DNA of 63,332 nt, the filler included, from Octopus bimaculoides (lineage: Eukaryota): the NCBI RefSeq assembly GCF_001194135.2. It is 6 parts of 5 records of this genome, joined end to end, with 100 filler letters (N's around TTAATTAATTAA, not from the genome) between each part and the next. Parts side by side here need not be neighbours in the genome. Positions count along the whole stretch, not along the records: positions 1 to 20,483 come from NC_068988.1; positions 20,584 to 41,453 come from NC_068981.1; 4 more parts are not named here. One strand, given 5' to 3'. The position numbers and the translations under genes were made by a program. Of the stretch, positions 10,604 to 22,696 are shown piece after piece. The notes under the pieces are model-generated. The model did no database searches and was not told where the DNA came from. It saw only the letters and a program-made list of their open reading frames with translations. Position 1 is the first letter of the stretch. Each line of letters starts with the position of its first letter.

Positions 10604-11308
10604 CTAAAAAACAAAAGTACAGAAACAGAATAAAGGAATAAAACTGTTGCATTAATATTTCATTCTGTCATTTGGTGGTTACTGCTTTAATAAAAAAGAA
10701 ATAATAATAGTAATAATAAGTAGTCTTATGGTTAACAACATAGTTCAAGATACACGTTTAACAACGGAAGGCAATATAGGCGAAATATACAATCTAGGCT
10801 ATTTGTTACGATAAGACAATGATCTAAAGAAGAAAAGAAAAGCTTGTTTATCTCTGAAAGAAATTACTTGATAGCTTTTGTGCTTCTGGTTTGAAGGTTG
10901 TTTTTGTTGTTGCCGTTTACGTTTTGTTTTGTTTTTTGCTTTATCTTTTTTATTTTGCGTTTTTTTTTGCTTTTTTTTGCTTTTTTGTTTCCTTCTTGTT
11001 CATATCTGATGTTTGGACCGGTGGTTTATAATATATGACAGAAAAATATAAAAATATGAAGAACCGCACACAACCACTCCCTCACACACATGCACAAGTC
11101 CAAACTTATATGCAAACACACACAAAACACACACACAGACACACACACACACACACATATATAAGAATACAAGTACATCCTTTAGTATAATAGCAAAACG
11201 ACGAATGGATATATACGTGTATGTATGTATGTATGTATGTACGTATTTATGTATGTATGTATGTATTTATGTATGTATTTATGCATGTATGTATGTGTGT
11301 ATTTATGC

Positions 11309-11345
<37 letters not shown>

Positions 11346-12459
11346 CGCATGCGTATGCATGCTTATATGTATATACGTTAGTCTGTGTGTGTGTGTTTGT
11401 GTATACGTATGACGTTTATGTTTGTGTGTGTGTTTGTGTGTGTGTGTAAGTGTTAGTAATGTTGATGTTATCTTGAAGGTCGTACTTGTATTCTTACAAA
11501 ACAATATCAAAGAGAAAAAAGGACTTTACAAGTAGGCAACGCTTTATAAACAGAACATGCAGCAGAACCTGTCTATGTGATCTGGAGAGAACTTACCTTT
11601 GAGCATTTACATTTTAAACATTTCAGAAAAAAAAAAAAGCTATTATCTTACTTTCTTTGACAACAACATTGCGAACCGATCGAAAGTTGTTTAGAAATTC
11701 TAAGGGGACCGTTTACCAGAAATAACATAAAAAAGGTCAAGTCGAATGTGTAAAGTACCTTTTCATTTAATTGCTGTGTGGTAGATTTACTTATTTTCGC
11801 TTCGTAGTTGTGCAGTGATGAATCTCGCTTGCGACTATGAGGTTTTGAGTTCTGGTTCACGGCACGGCAATTTGGACAATTGTATTGTAGTGTAGTCTAG
11901 GACCGACCAATGCCTTGTAAATGAATTTCATTGATGGAAAATGAAGAAGCCCTTCGTATATGTATGTATCTGTGTGTGTATGTATATGTGTGTATGTGCG
12001 TGTGTGTGGGTGGGTGGTTGTGAAGGAGCAAAAACTCCCGAAATAGGGCATATACGCTCATTGCCCAGTTTTATATATACGCAGGAATGTTATATGGTAA
12101 GAATCTTGCTTTCCAATCACATAGTTCAGGGGTCAGGGTTTTTGGCATTCCGAGCTCTAGGAAGAACATATTAAATAAACACTGTTCTACTTTCCCCCCT
12201 CTTAAACATGAACAGCACTGAACTAGACTTCTCGTTATCACTTCAAAAACTTGGTGAAAATTTCACCGAGGTGTTCTTTTAGTGAGTGTACATCTTCGTA
12301 GGAAAATCTGTGACTTGAAGCATATCCTTCCTCTACGAGCACAGGAAATATTTAGTCTTCCAAAAACTAATACCATTCTAGAAAACTAAAAGGAAATTTA
12401 AAGTCGAATGCTGCACTCACAACCGGGACTGCAAAGCTGCGATACATAAAAACGTTGAG

Positions 12460-12800
12460 CTGTCTTAAGGTATGGGCAAACTAAGCACTTGCCAGGGGCC
12501 TCACGTGTCTAAGGGCTCAGTTCTGATCTATGTATACTATGGATTACTATCGTTAGACATATCATAGGGTGCAGTGTTCTAATTTGTTTAGGGGCCTCAC
12601 TAATTTAAGGGCTCGATTCTGCTCTCTATATAGTTGGCTTGATATCATTAAAATATAGCGCAGGGTCCAATGTACTGAATTGCTCAGAAGCCTGACGCGT
12701 CTACGGGCTCGGTTCTGATCTAATGTATAGTGTGGCTTACTATCGTGTAAAATATTAAGGGGCCCAGTGCACTGATTAGCCTAAGGGCTTATATTAGTTC
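12460..12800. repeat. Degenerate 96 bp tandem repeat (~3.3 units), possibly within a hAT-type MITE
   Basis: aggggcctcac at 12494 and 12590, agaagcctgac at 12686, aagggctt at 12783; shared aagggctc...ttctgatct...tatcg blocks. Confidence 0.65.
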
Positions 12801-13140
12801 GTCCGTCGCTATTGACGATGACCCAGGACATCACATGGCAGACGCAAACGAGGCACGCTGTGGCCAATGTGTGCCCGGAAGGCTCTGCCGCAGGTCGGGC
12901 ACTGGTAGTCTGTTAGGACTGATGGTAAATAGTTGGCTCTGGACTTGTGCAGTTCACGTTTTTTTTTGTGCCCCTTCAATTTTGTTCTGTTCGCACGAAG
13001 TGATATTTCTGACGGTGCAGCTTCGCCAGGTAGGTTGGTATTGTACTTCTGATTCCCATGTATCGGCGTTGATCGCAAAGCTGTTCAAAGCTCTATACTG
13101 CTGCTAAGACAGCCCTGCATAGCCATGCTACAGAGACACC
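12800..13140 (-). mobile_element. RTE-clade LINE 3' remnant
   Basis: KLKGHKKKRELHKSRA...YQCPTCGRAFRAHIGH: C-terminal C2H2-like motif typical of RTE ORF ends. Confidence 0.75.
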
Positions 13141-13700
13141 ATTCAAAACTATTTCTGTCTCCATTTGATCATTCTGGATAAAATTTGATTCGCTAATGAG
13201 GACTAATAACACTGAAGTATGCCTGTTACTTTCCCTAGTTGGCTAAACACTAGACTAATGTTGTCTATATTTAATTAGACTTTTATCGTTTCTTTTTTCC
13301 TTGCTTGTTCCTTCTAGAATTTTTAATACGTATAGCGAAAAATTTTATTTATTCATTGTATGTGTAATTTCAGTTATTCGAAAATAGTATTTTTAATCAC
13401 GATGTTACATAAATGAGAACTTATATAAGAAGTATTATGAAAGCTATCCAGGGATATTTCCAATCCGTCATATTACGCGTGACTGAGACATATAGATTTC
13501 AAGTGTAGTATTGAATATTGGCACGAACAAAATAATAAATTATAAAAAAAAAAAGAACGGTTAGAAAATACATAAGGGAAATAAGTCATACAATTCGTAA
13601 GGAATCGCAGATAATAGGGAAAGCAAAAGAGGAGCTAAGTTTCAGAAAGAGAATGACGAAGTTTTCTTTGAAGAAGGATACAAGGTCTCTGGTGACATGG

Positions 13701-13753
<53 letters not shown>

Positions 13754-15974
13754 NNNNNNNNNNNNNNNNNNNNNNNNNNNNNNNNNNNNNNNNNNNNNNN
13801 NNNNNNNNNNNNNNNNNNNNNNNNNNNNNNNNNNNNNNNNNNNNNNNNNNNNNNNNNNNNNNNNNNNNNNNNNNNNNNNNNNNNNNNNNNNNNNNNNNNN
13901 NNNNNNNNNNNNNNNNNNNNNNNNNNNNNNNNNNNNNNNNNNNNNNNNNNNNNNNNNNNNNNNNNNNNNNNNNNNNNNNNNNNNNNNNNNNNNNNNNNNN
14001 NNNNNNNNNNNNNNNNNNNNNNNNNNNNNNNNNNNNNNNNNNNNNNNNNNNNNNNNNNNNNNNNNNNNNNNNNNNNNNNNNNNNNNNNNNNNNNNNNNNN
14101 NNNNNNNNNNNNNNNNNNNNNNNNNNNNNNNNNNNNNNNNNNNNNNNNNNNNNNNNNNNNNNNNNNNNNNNNNNNNNNNNNNNNNNNNNNNNNNNNNNNN
14201 NNNNNNNNNNNNNNNNNNNNNNNNNNNNNNNNNNNNNNNNNNNNNNNNNNNNNNNNNNNNNNNNNNNNNNNNNNNNNNNNNNNNNNNNNNNNNNNNNNNN
14301 NNNNNNNNNNNNNNNNNNNNNNNNNNNNNNNNNNNNNNNNNNNNNNNNNNNNNNNNNNNNNNNNNNNNNNNNNNNNNNNNNNNNNNNNNNNNATATATAT
14401 ATATATATATATATATAGATATATATATGCATATATATATATATATATTGTACACATACATACATACACACACACACACGCGCGCACACACACACATATA
14501 TATGTATATATATTCGTACGCGCGCTAGTGTCTGTGACATTGACTGTGGTTCGCACACGTACTAACGCTATATCTGGACGTATCGTTTCTCTGTATTTCC
14601 TTCATTTATCGATAAAGTATTTTCTTTATAAAGAAATTAGATATAAAGATGGTGTTAAAAGGCCTTTTATATAGCAATTGACTTAAAGAGCTATGGGAAT
14701 AAAGTATCACTTTGAAAACAAGCCACTAGAAATCTATAAATATTCTCAGTTGATTGGAGATATCCGTCTCACTACATTATATTTTTGAAACCCTAGTTTA
14801 TTTACGTTTACAGTGTAAAAACGCTTCCCTGGGCTGCTTTTAATATCTATTGTAAAAGATTTAAAATGTAAACTCCAGCATGGTCTGAGCTCAATGACTG
14901 AATTGAGTTAAAGAATATAATAAAGTGCGGATGAGTCTGTGCGATAGATAGATAGATAGATAGATAGATAGAGAGATAGATAGATATATAAATAGATAGA
15001 TAGATAGATAGATAGATTGACTAATCGAGAGAGGGAGAGAGAAAAAGAGAGTGAAGGAGAGAAAGAGATAGAGAAATAGAGAGAGCAAAGGAGAGAGAGT
15101 GAGAGATAAAGAGAAAGAGAGAGAAACTGTGTGACAATACTCTCTCTCTCACAACTTCTCTCTCATTCTCTCTGTCTCTCTATATATTTTTGATATTATA
15201 TTATATTATATTATATTATATTATATATATATATATATATATATATNNNNNNNNNNCATTATTTTCTCCCGCCTTATTCTACCGAGGTCGACTTTACCTT
15301 TCATCCTTCCGGGGTCGATAAATTAAGTACCAGTGAAATACTGAGGGTCGATGTGAATGACTAGTCCCCTCTCCCCCGCAAAAAAAACATTTCAGGCCTT
15401 GTGCCTTTAGTAGAGAGGACTATTTTCTTCCGCATTTTCAGTTCTCTGACAACTTGTATTTTCTCTCTTTCTGGATCTACCGGTCTGTCTTTACCTTTAT
15501 TCTTTCTTCCTTCCTTCCTTTCTTTCTTCCTTCCTTTCTTTTCTTTCACTCTTCTACTCCTTACATTTTTCATTTGCCAGTGAAATAAATAAACATAATT
15601 AAAAACGTAAACTTTCCAATGGTGTACTAAATTTGTCGTACTAAACATCAACTGCTCTTACATTCAACTATTTCATTTCTGTAGTTTTCATTTTGTTTTC
15701 ATTTTTCTCTTTATATATATCCACATATTTCGAACATGCTAGATAATGAGGATCAGCCCATTAAATATTATACATCACGTTTTAGACATCAAATTAAATA
15801 TCACTTTTGCGGTTATTAAGTACATGCATGTGTGGCTATATTGCGTCAATGAAAGGTTAACTTCCTAGAAATACGTAACTGTCAACGAAATACACTGATG
15901 GTTTTATTAAGTCGTTCAGATTTCTTGGCATTGATATAATTTGTAAAAGCAAGATTTATTTATCTACGCGTAGG

Positions 15975-17155
15975 CTCAAGCTCGGCTGTGTGATTAAGGA
16001 ACACTGTTTGTGATCTCGTGGATCCAAGTTCAATTCCGCGTCGCTTTACGTAAGTGTGTATTTTTTTCGTTTTTTTTTTTTTACGCTATAGCCCCGGGTC
16101 GACCAATGCCGCGTGATTGAATTTGGTTGACGGAAACCGGCGTGGCTGTGTGGTAAGAAGCTTACTTCCCAATCATGTAGTTTCGGGTTCAGTCTCACTG
16201 CGTGGCACCTTGAGCATGTGTCTTCTACTATAGCCTCGGGCTGACCAAAGCATTGTGAGTGGATTTGGTTGACGGAAACTGAAAGAAGCCTATCGTATGT
16301 GTGTGTGTGCGTGTGTGTGTTTGTGTGTTTGTGTGTGTGTGTGTGTGCGTGTGTGATTGTGTGTGTGATTCCTCCCACCACTGCTTGAGAATCGGCGTTG
16401 GCGTGTTTACTTCTCCGTAACTTAACGGTTCACCAACAGAGACCGATAGAATATGTAGGTGTTGATTCATTCAACTAAACAGCCTTCAACGGTGAAGCCC
16501 CAGCATGGCCACGGTCAGATGACTGAAACAAGCAAAAGATAAATGCAACTAGGCGTGACTGTGCGGTAAGAAACTTGCTTCCCGATCACATGGTTTCAGG
16601 TTCAGTCCCACTGCATGACAACTTTGGACAAGTATCTTCTGCCATACCACCAATGCCTTGTGAGTGGATTTGGTAGACAGAAACTGAAAAAAGCCTGTGG
16701 TATATATATTATATAATATAATAAATGCGAAAAATAAATTGTGTGTGTCAGTGTATCACACTTTGACCCACCTACTCTCTCACTATTCAATGACACTTCC
16801 TCGTGCTGGGGTGAGAGTAATAGTAGGCATAAAGATGGTGAGAGCAGTGTCTTCCATTATAGCCTCGGGCCGACCAAAGCCTTGTGAGTGGATCTGGTAG
16901 ACGGAAACTGAAAGAAGCCCGTCGTATATATATGTATATATATATATGTATGTGTGTGTATATGTTTGTGTGTCTGTGTGTGTCCCCCCCCCAACATTGC
17001 TTGACAACCGATGTTGGTGTGTTTACGTCCCCGTAACCTAGCCGATAGAATAAGTTCTAGGCTTGCAAAGAATAAGTCCTGGGGTCGATTTGCTCGACTA
17101 AAGGCGGTGCTGCAGCATGACCGCAGTCAAATGACTGAAACAAGTAAAAATAAAT
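15975..17155 (+). mobile_element. Pile of 3-4 same-orientation family-B SINE copies/fragments
   Basis: Repeated ggctgtgtggtaagaagctt...ggcaccttg(g/a)gcaagtgtcttctactatagcctcggg...gacggaaactgaaagaagcc + microsatellite + tail ggcggtgct...cagtcaaatgactgaaac at ~16140, 16550, 16835. Confidence 0.85.
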
Positions 17156-17831
17156 GTAACTATTTGTTGTTTAATCTCATCCATTTCTGTTCAAATCGAA
17201 CTATAATAAGGTAAAGATAATCCCTCATCGTTGGAGTTCAAATACAACCGAAGTCAACTTTATCTTTCATCCCTCCAGGGACCGGTGACGATAAAATAAA
17301 ATACCTGTCAGTTATTGTGTACAGTCTCAACTGACGACAAAAGATATATGGTTTTCGATTTTGTGTTCAGGTTCGATCTTCTGTCACATGTCCTCCGATA
17401 AGACCCAATGAAAGTCTACATCAAACATCAACCAATTGGACAAGTATGTGAATATCCGTACTGATATTATTAAATTGCCTGTCGTCTGGTAATATCTTTA
17501 TGATTTTATATCAATCATATGCCGTGTCAGATGGCTTTTTTAAAACCAGACAAAAAGAGATATGTCATTTTGGCGTCACACAAATATAGTCTGCAACACA
17601 GCTAAAAAAACTCCCCACAAACTCGCACTCACGCACGCATATATGTATATATAATACTAATAGCTCTGGTACATAAATACTAAATACGGATGAGTAATTA
17701 TAGCAAAAATAACACATTAAGAGGCTAGATTAATCATATAATTAGTCGAAGTTAGTTAGGTTGTAATCGAACATTTCCACTCGGTTGTCTTTTTATTTTT
17801 CCGGATGCCGGAAAAAGCATGTGGCTTTTAG

Positions 17832-17909
17832 TTTAATAAACGATAAGATTTATGGCAGTTATTTTCTATTCACGAAAGTAATGCAACTGAGTAAATTCGG
17901 CGATGATAC
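17832..17909 (+). CDS. Candidate internal exon (LINDKIYGSYFLFTKVMQLSKFGDD), acceptor uncertain
   Basis: Frame open 17767-17909; donor AC|GTATGT is phase 2, matching the 18973 exon. Confidence 0.25.
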
Positions 17910-18109
17910 GTATGTTTTAATCCGGAATGGTTATTAGCTCGAATAAAATAATTTGGTTTATGTTCTCCCAACTGGAATTTTCGTTTTCTTTTTAATTTGC
18001 TTCCGTTTATTTTGGTCTTCAACTTTTTTCATCTTATATGTTAGAAAATTTCTAACAACAAAATGCATAGCGGCATACTTGAGATGCCGACTTAGTGACT
18101 TATTCAAAT

Positions 18110-18590
18110 TGTTAAGTCGACAGGTGTCTCCATCTTAAGGCGAATTTTCGCATCTTCAGCCAAGGCATCCGTATCTCACCTTTCAGTGGTTTCTGGCAGC
18201 AGACAGAACGCTTTACAAGTGGTTTCCTTCCCTTCCACAAAAAGCGGAAAAAGATTCTCTCCAACTTGTTCAGCCACAAATCGGGGCATGGCACCACGGT
18301 CAGACGGTAGGTGATTACTGATGCTATAAACATCTGCATCTTCTCCGCCCTCCCTAGCAAGGATAACGCCCGCCAAAACCAGGCCTGGGTTAGAGCAGTC
18401 ACCTTGCTGGCTACTTCACTCCAATTTTTCTCTATCTGGAGGTCTTGACCAATCCAGACTCCGTGCAACTTAACAGGACCTTCCGTCCAACGCCCCACGA
18501 CGTTATTGGACGCCATCGGCTTGCCCCTCCAGGTGCCGAGTTGCAAACCGACCGAATTGTCCTTGTTAACCTTTGCTCTTGCCACCTGAT
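18110..18590 (-). mobile_element. Tx1/L1-clade LINE ORF2 fragment
   Basis: GVWIGQDLQIEKNWSEVASKV...W..RALSLLGRA...FIASVITYRLTVVPCP...LERIFFRFLWKGRKPLVKRS. Confidence 0.85.
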
Positions 18591-18972
18591 AGATGGATAG
18601 ATAGATAGAGTGATAGATAGATAAATAGATAGATAGATAGATGGATAGATACCTTTGGCAAATATTTTCTGTTGGTTCGAATTTGTCTCTATCATTTGGT
18701 GAAATTGCATAGATGGAAACTGTACAGAATCCCGCCTACTAGATTGTACCTGGAATTCAAACGCTAAACTCTGTTATGCTAATTCTGCCATACATCAAAG
18801 AAAAACCTGTCTGTGGAATATTCGGCCAGTTACACGTAAATTAAGCAGCAGGTTATTCGCCTGATAAAAGAACTGCATCTTCGTTGCCGATCTACGCAGA
18901 TCCCCCACTAACTCCATCTCAGACAACAGTGTTTCGTTATTTTATTCCATTTTAAATTTGCTTTTCTCTCAG

Positions 18973-19276
18973 AAATCCCGAATCAACAAAAGAAAAAAGG
19001 ATCAATATTAAGGGATCACAGCCATCGATTATATCAAAAGAAAAGAATTTCATTCATCGATTATTCGAAGAATATTTGGCTTTGTGTAAAGAAGTCAGCA
19101 GAGAATATTATTTAACGAATAATTATGCTTTTCCAATTATGTATAGCAATATAATTCCAAATAATTTTAAAGGAAACAGATTGAAATTGTCAATGATATT
19201 TAAGCGCTATAAACCAGATTTCGCACCTGTACTCACACGGAAATATGCCACGCTTTTTGACTTAGGTTTCTGCTAA
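18973..19276 (+). CDS. Candidate terminal exon of unknown gene (100 codons ending ...YATLFDLGFC*)
   Basis: Acceptor tttaaatttgcttttctctcAG| followed by 100 stop-free, non-repetitive codons in AT-rich DNA; no recognised domain. Confidence 0.35.
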
Positions 19277-19299
19277 TACTTTTAGCTCCCTTTTTTTTC

Positions 19300-19812
19300 A
19301 GTTCAAAATTCCACCGGGTTCAACATTACCTTTCATCCCTCCGTGGTCAATAAAATAAAGTACCTGTTAAGAACTAGGGTCGATGTTATTGATTAACCAC
19401 CTTTTCCCTTCACGGTTGCTGGCCTTACGACAAAACAGAAACTAATATTTCTTGATCTTCTAATGCAGTGAACTGGCAGAGTCGTTAGCACGCCGGGCAA
19501 AATGTTTAACAGTGTTTCGATCGTCTTTACGTTCTGAGTTCAAATTGTACCAAAGTCGATTTTGCCTTTCATTCTTTTGGGACCGTTAAAATCAGAACCA
19601 GTTGAGCGCTGGGGTCAATGCGTTCAACTAGACCCCTCCTCTGAAATTGCTGGCCTTGTGCCAAAACTTTTAAACCAATTGAAGGCAGATTCGCTACCGC
19701 AACGGGAAAAATACTTTTCGGCATTTCGTCCTTATTTGTTCAGAGTTCAAATTCCACAGAGGTCGATTTTGCCTTTCATCTTTTCGGGGTCGATAAAATA
19801 AAGTACCAGTTA
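19300..19812 (+). mobile_element. Three tandem family-A SINE copies/fragments
   Basis: aaattcc...gcctttcat...aaataa(a)gtacc repeated at ~19310, 19545, 19750. Confidence 0.8.
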
Positions 19813-20438
19813 AGATATCGTTAAACTAAAAATAGAGCTTTCAATGCAATGTGTGTCCAGTTGGAACAATGTGTCATCCGGGGGCCAAAAGAATGTCGTT
19901 GCTTCGAAATCCAGTACTTTTAGGAGCAGCACTACTACTCCAAGGAATGGCGCCGATGGACGGAGAGGATCGCTAGGCAATGATCCAGGATAGGGACGAG
20001 TAAACACTTATTAATACTCACACACAACGCGATTATTTACTTAGATGTCCAATTCAAATCCGAGTAATGACGGAATTACCAATTAAAAAAACTTAGAGGC
20101 TTTTTTTAAACCTTTATATAACTTGGTTCAGTTATTCTCGTCTTACTTCAAAACAAGTTTTTAGAAATTTTCAACAAAGTTGCCAAAAACAGACAGAAAT
20201 AAATATATTCTGTAAAGAAAGGAAAGCGATAGTATTTGTCGCAAGAGACTAAATATAATTTATAATTTGCATTTTTCTTTTGTAGGACATCTTTTTCTTC
20301 TAATTCCAAGAAATAATGTAGGCATGCAAATGTACGACAAATAGATTGCCAAAATGTATTGTACATAAATGTATGTATACTATATTCATATACACACATA
20401 TACTTATATATATATATACACATATATATGTATATGTA

Positions 20439-20483
<45 letters not shown>

Positions 20484-20527
20484 NNNNNNNNNNNNNNNNN
20501 NNNNNNNNNNNNNNNNNNNNNNNNNNN

Positions 20528-20539
20528 TTAATTAATTAA
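20528..20539. other. Artificial scaffold linker TTAATTAATTAA inside N-runs (also 41498, 49161, 55585, 60974)
   Basis: Identical 12-mer flanked by N-runs five times; it places stops in all six frames. Confidence 0.9.
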
Positions 20540-20695
20540 NNNNNNNNNNNNNNNNNNNNNNNNNNNNNNNNNNNNNNNNNNNNTTGAATATTACTTAAAA
20601 AGTGTTCTAACTTTGTTTCAACTATATATGTATATAGGTACGCATGTATGGGTACAGGACGCCAGAAAACCTAAACATCATGAAATACGAAAATG

Positions 20696-21411
20696 AAGTT
20701 GGGTACGCAAAGAACGAGAGAAAAATATGGAAAACAAGACAAGTAACATAAAAAACGACACTTCATCAGTTGTCGGCTGTCCTTCTACTCCTTATTTCGA
20801 GCAATGAACGACAATATGAGGCTTTGAAGGCAGTTGCTCCCTCGAACCAAAATAAAATTTGGAATTTGCGGAGGGTCAAAGTTGGTAACAAAAATAGGAC
20901 ATGCAACAAACCAACCGAAACGAACACAAACAGGGAGGGCCGTTAGGCGAAGACGAAGTAAGGTAGCAAACGCTGGAAGATTTTTTGATAAGAGAAAAGA
21001 TAGAAGAGGAGACAGATAAGAATGCGTCTGGACTGCGTGACAGATTGAAGTAAAAGAAAGATGATCACGTGAAGAAGGGAAAGATGGACATTCTTATCTG
21101 TCTCCTCTCTTGTCTCTTCTCTTATCAAAGAATCTTCTTCCAGCGTTCGCTACCTTACCTCGTCTTGGCCTAACTGTTTGTCTTCGTTTCGGTTGGTTTG
21201 TTGTATGTCCTCTTTTTGTCATCAACTTTCACCCTTCGCAAATTCCAAATTTTATTTTGGTTCGTGGGAGCAACTGCCTTCAAAGCCTCATATTGTCGTC
21301 CATTGCTCGAAATAAGGAGTAGAAGGACAGCCGACAACTGATGAAGGGTCGTTTTTTATGTTACTTGTCTTGTTTTCCGTTTGTTTCTCTCGTCCTTTGC
21401 GTACCCAACTT
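20696..21411. repeat. Large imperfect inverted repeat (~325 bp arms, ~64 bp spacer)
   Basis: 20696-21024 is the diverged reverse complement of 21089-21411. Confidence 0.9.
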
Positions 21412-21830
21412 TATTTATTTATTTATTTTTTTATTTATGTGTTTCAGCCAAGTGGCTGCGGTCATGCTGGTGCACCACCGTGATTTTCACGTTCCTTGCA
21501 TGGCTCTTCTCCCCCACCTGACATGGTCCAATCAAGAGTTTTGATGGCACATCTGGTGTATAAGAGAATTTGACATAGCTGCCCTAAACTGCGTCTCATT
21601 ACGAGCCATTGGTTCGTCTGGTATCGTGGAGAGGAAAGCGTCAAGTTTTGTCTTGAAGACCTCGCATCCATGTCTTGCATGTCTCTCAAATGTTTTGGCA
21701 GGGCATTGAAGAGCTGAGAGTCCATAAGTGAGTTGCGATATTTCATTCCATAACGGCTACGTCTGAAGAATGCAGGGTTACTTGATTGGAGTGATACCTA
21801 ACACTCTGTTGAACTCCTAGTGCGAATCCA
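21411..21830 (-). mobile_element. CR1/L2-group LINE 3' end with 3'UTR and (TAAA)n tail
   Basis: KYRNSL...QLFNALPKHLRD...RAAMSNSLIHQ..*, a short UTR, then ggtggtgcaccagcatgaccgcagccacttggctgaaac. Confidence 0.8.
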
Positions 21831-21946
21831 ATGGCTAAGATCGGCCGTAATGGATATATATAGCACTGTACACTTCGATTATTATACATAAACATACATA
21901 CATATACATATTATCTCTCTCTCTCTCTCTTTCTCTCTTTCTCTCT

Positions 21947-21992
<46 letters not shown>

Positions 21993-22656
21993 ATATATAC
22001 ATACATATATATATCATATACATGTGCGGGTGTGTATGTGTGTAAGTGTTATTGATGCACTAAACAGCGTGTTTTGGTAACTGGGATTGCACTAATTAGT
22101 ATACTTCGTCAAATACTAAAGCATAAAGCTATCACTGGGGTTTAAGACATATGAAAGCAAATGTAATTTTTTAGATTTCTTCGTAGAGGGTAAAAAAAAT
22201 GGTTCTTTGCTGGTCAACCCCAAACTACCGTATAAGTTCTTTTTTATGTGACGCTTTTCCTAGGAATTATTCAGGTTCCAGAATTTTTGAAAAGGAATAT
22301 GGATTTATCTGGCTCAGAAATCTGAGGAGCGCTTTGATTTCTTTTGTACCAACGCTAACCGTTTGCATCTCACCGAAGGCAATAGTTTGTGTAAGTCAGC
22401 TAGAAAATCTTTGTGATTATAGGTGAGCTGTTTGATGGGATACAAAACTATAAGTGACTACATTCGAAAAAGAAATTCTCATTCAGTGAGAAAGTTTCTG
22501 AATAGTTGTAGCATGGCAATTTAGCTGGCATGAAAATTTGCTTGAATCTATCTATCTATCTATCTACACACACACATGTATATATATGTAGGTATGAATA
22601 TATATATGCATGTATACATATATCTATATGTATGAATATGTATATATATATTTGTA

Positions 22657-22696
<40 letters not shown>

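Noticed and set aside
12460-12800. CRISPR-like array
   Set aside because: Eukaryotic DNA, whole units are similar to each other (no unique spacers), and no cas genes are present.
20528-20539. Recurrent TTAATTAATTAA motif as a regulatory element
   Set aside because: Always embedded between N-runs; an assembly linker.
21290-21350. Hammerhead in the large foldback (GAAA...CTGATGA)
   Set aside because: Core words are present but stems I and III cannot be formed.
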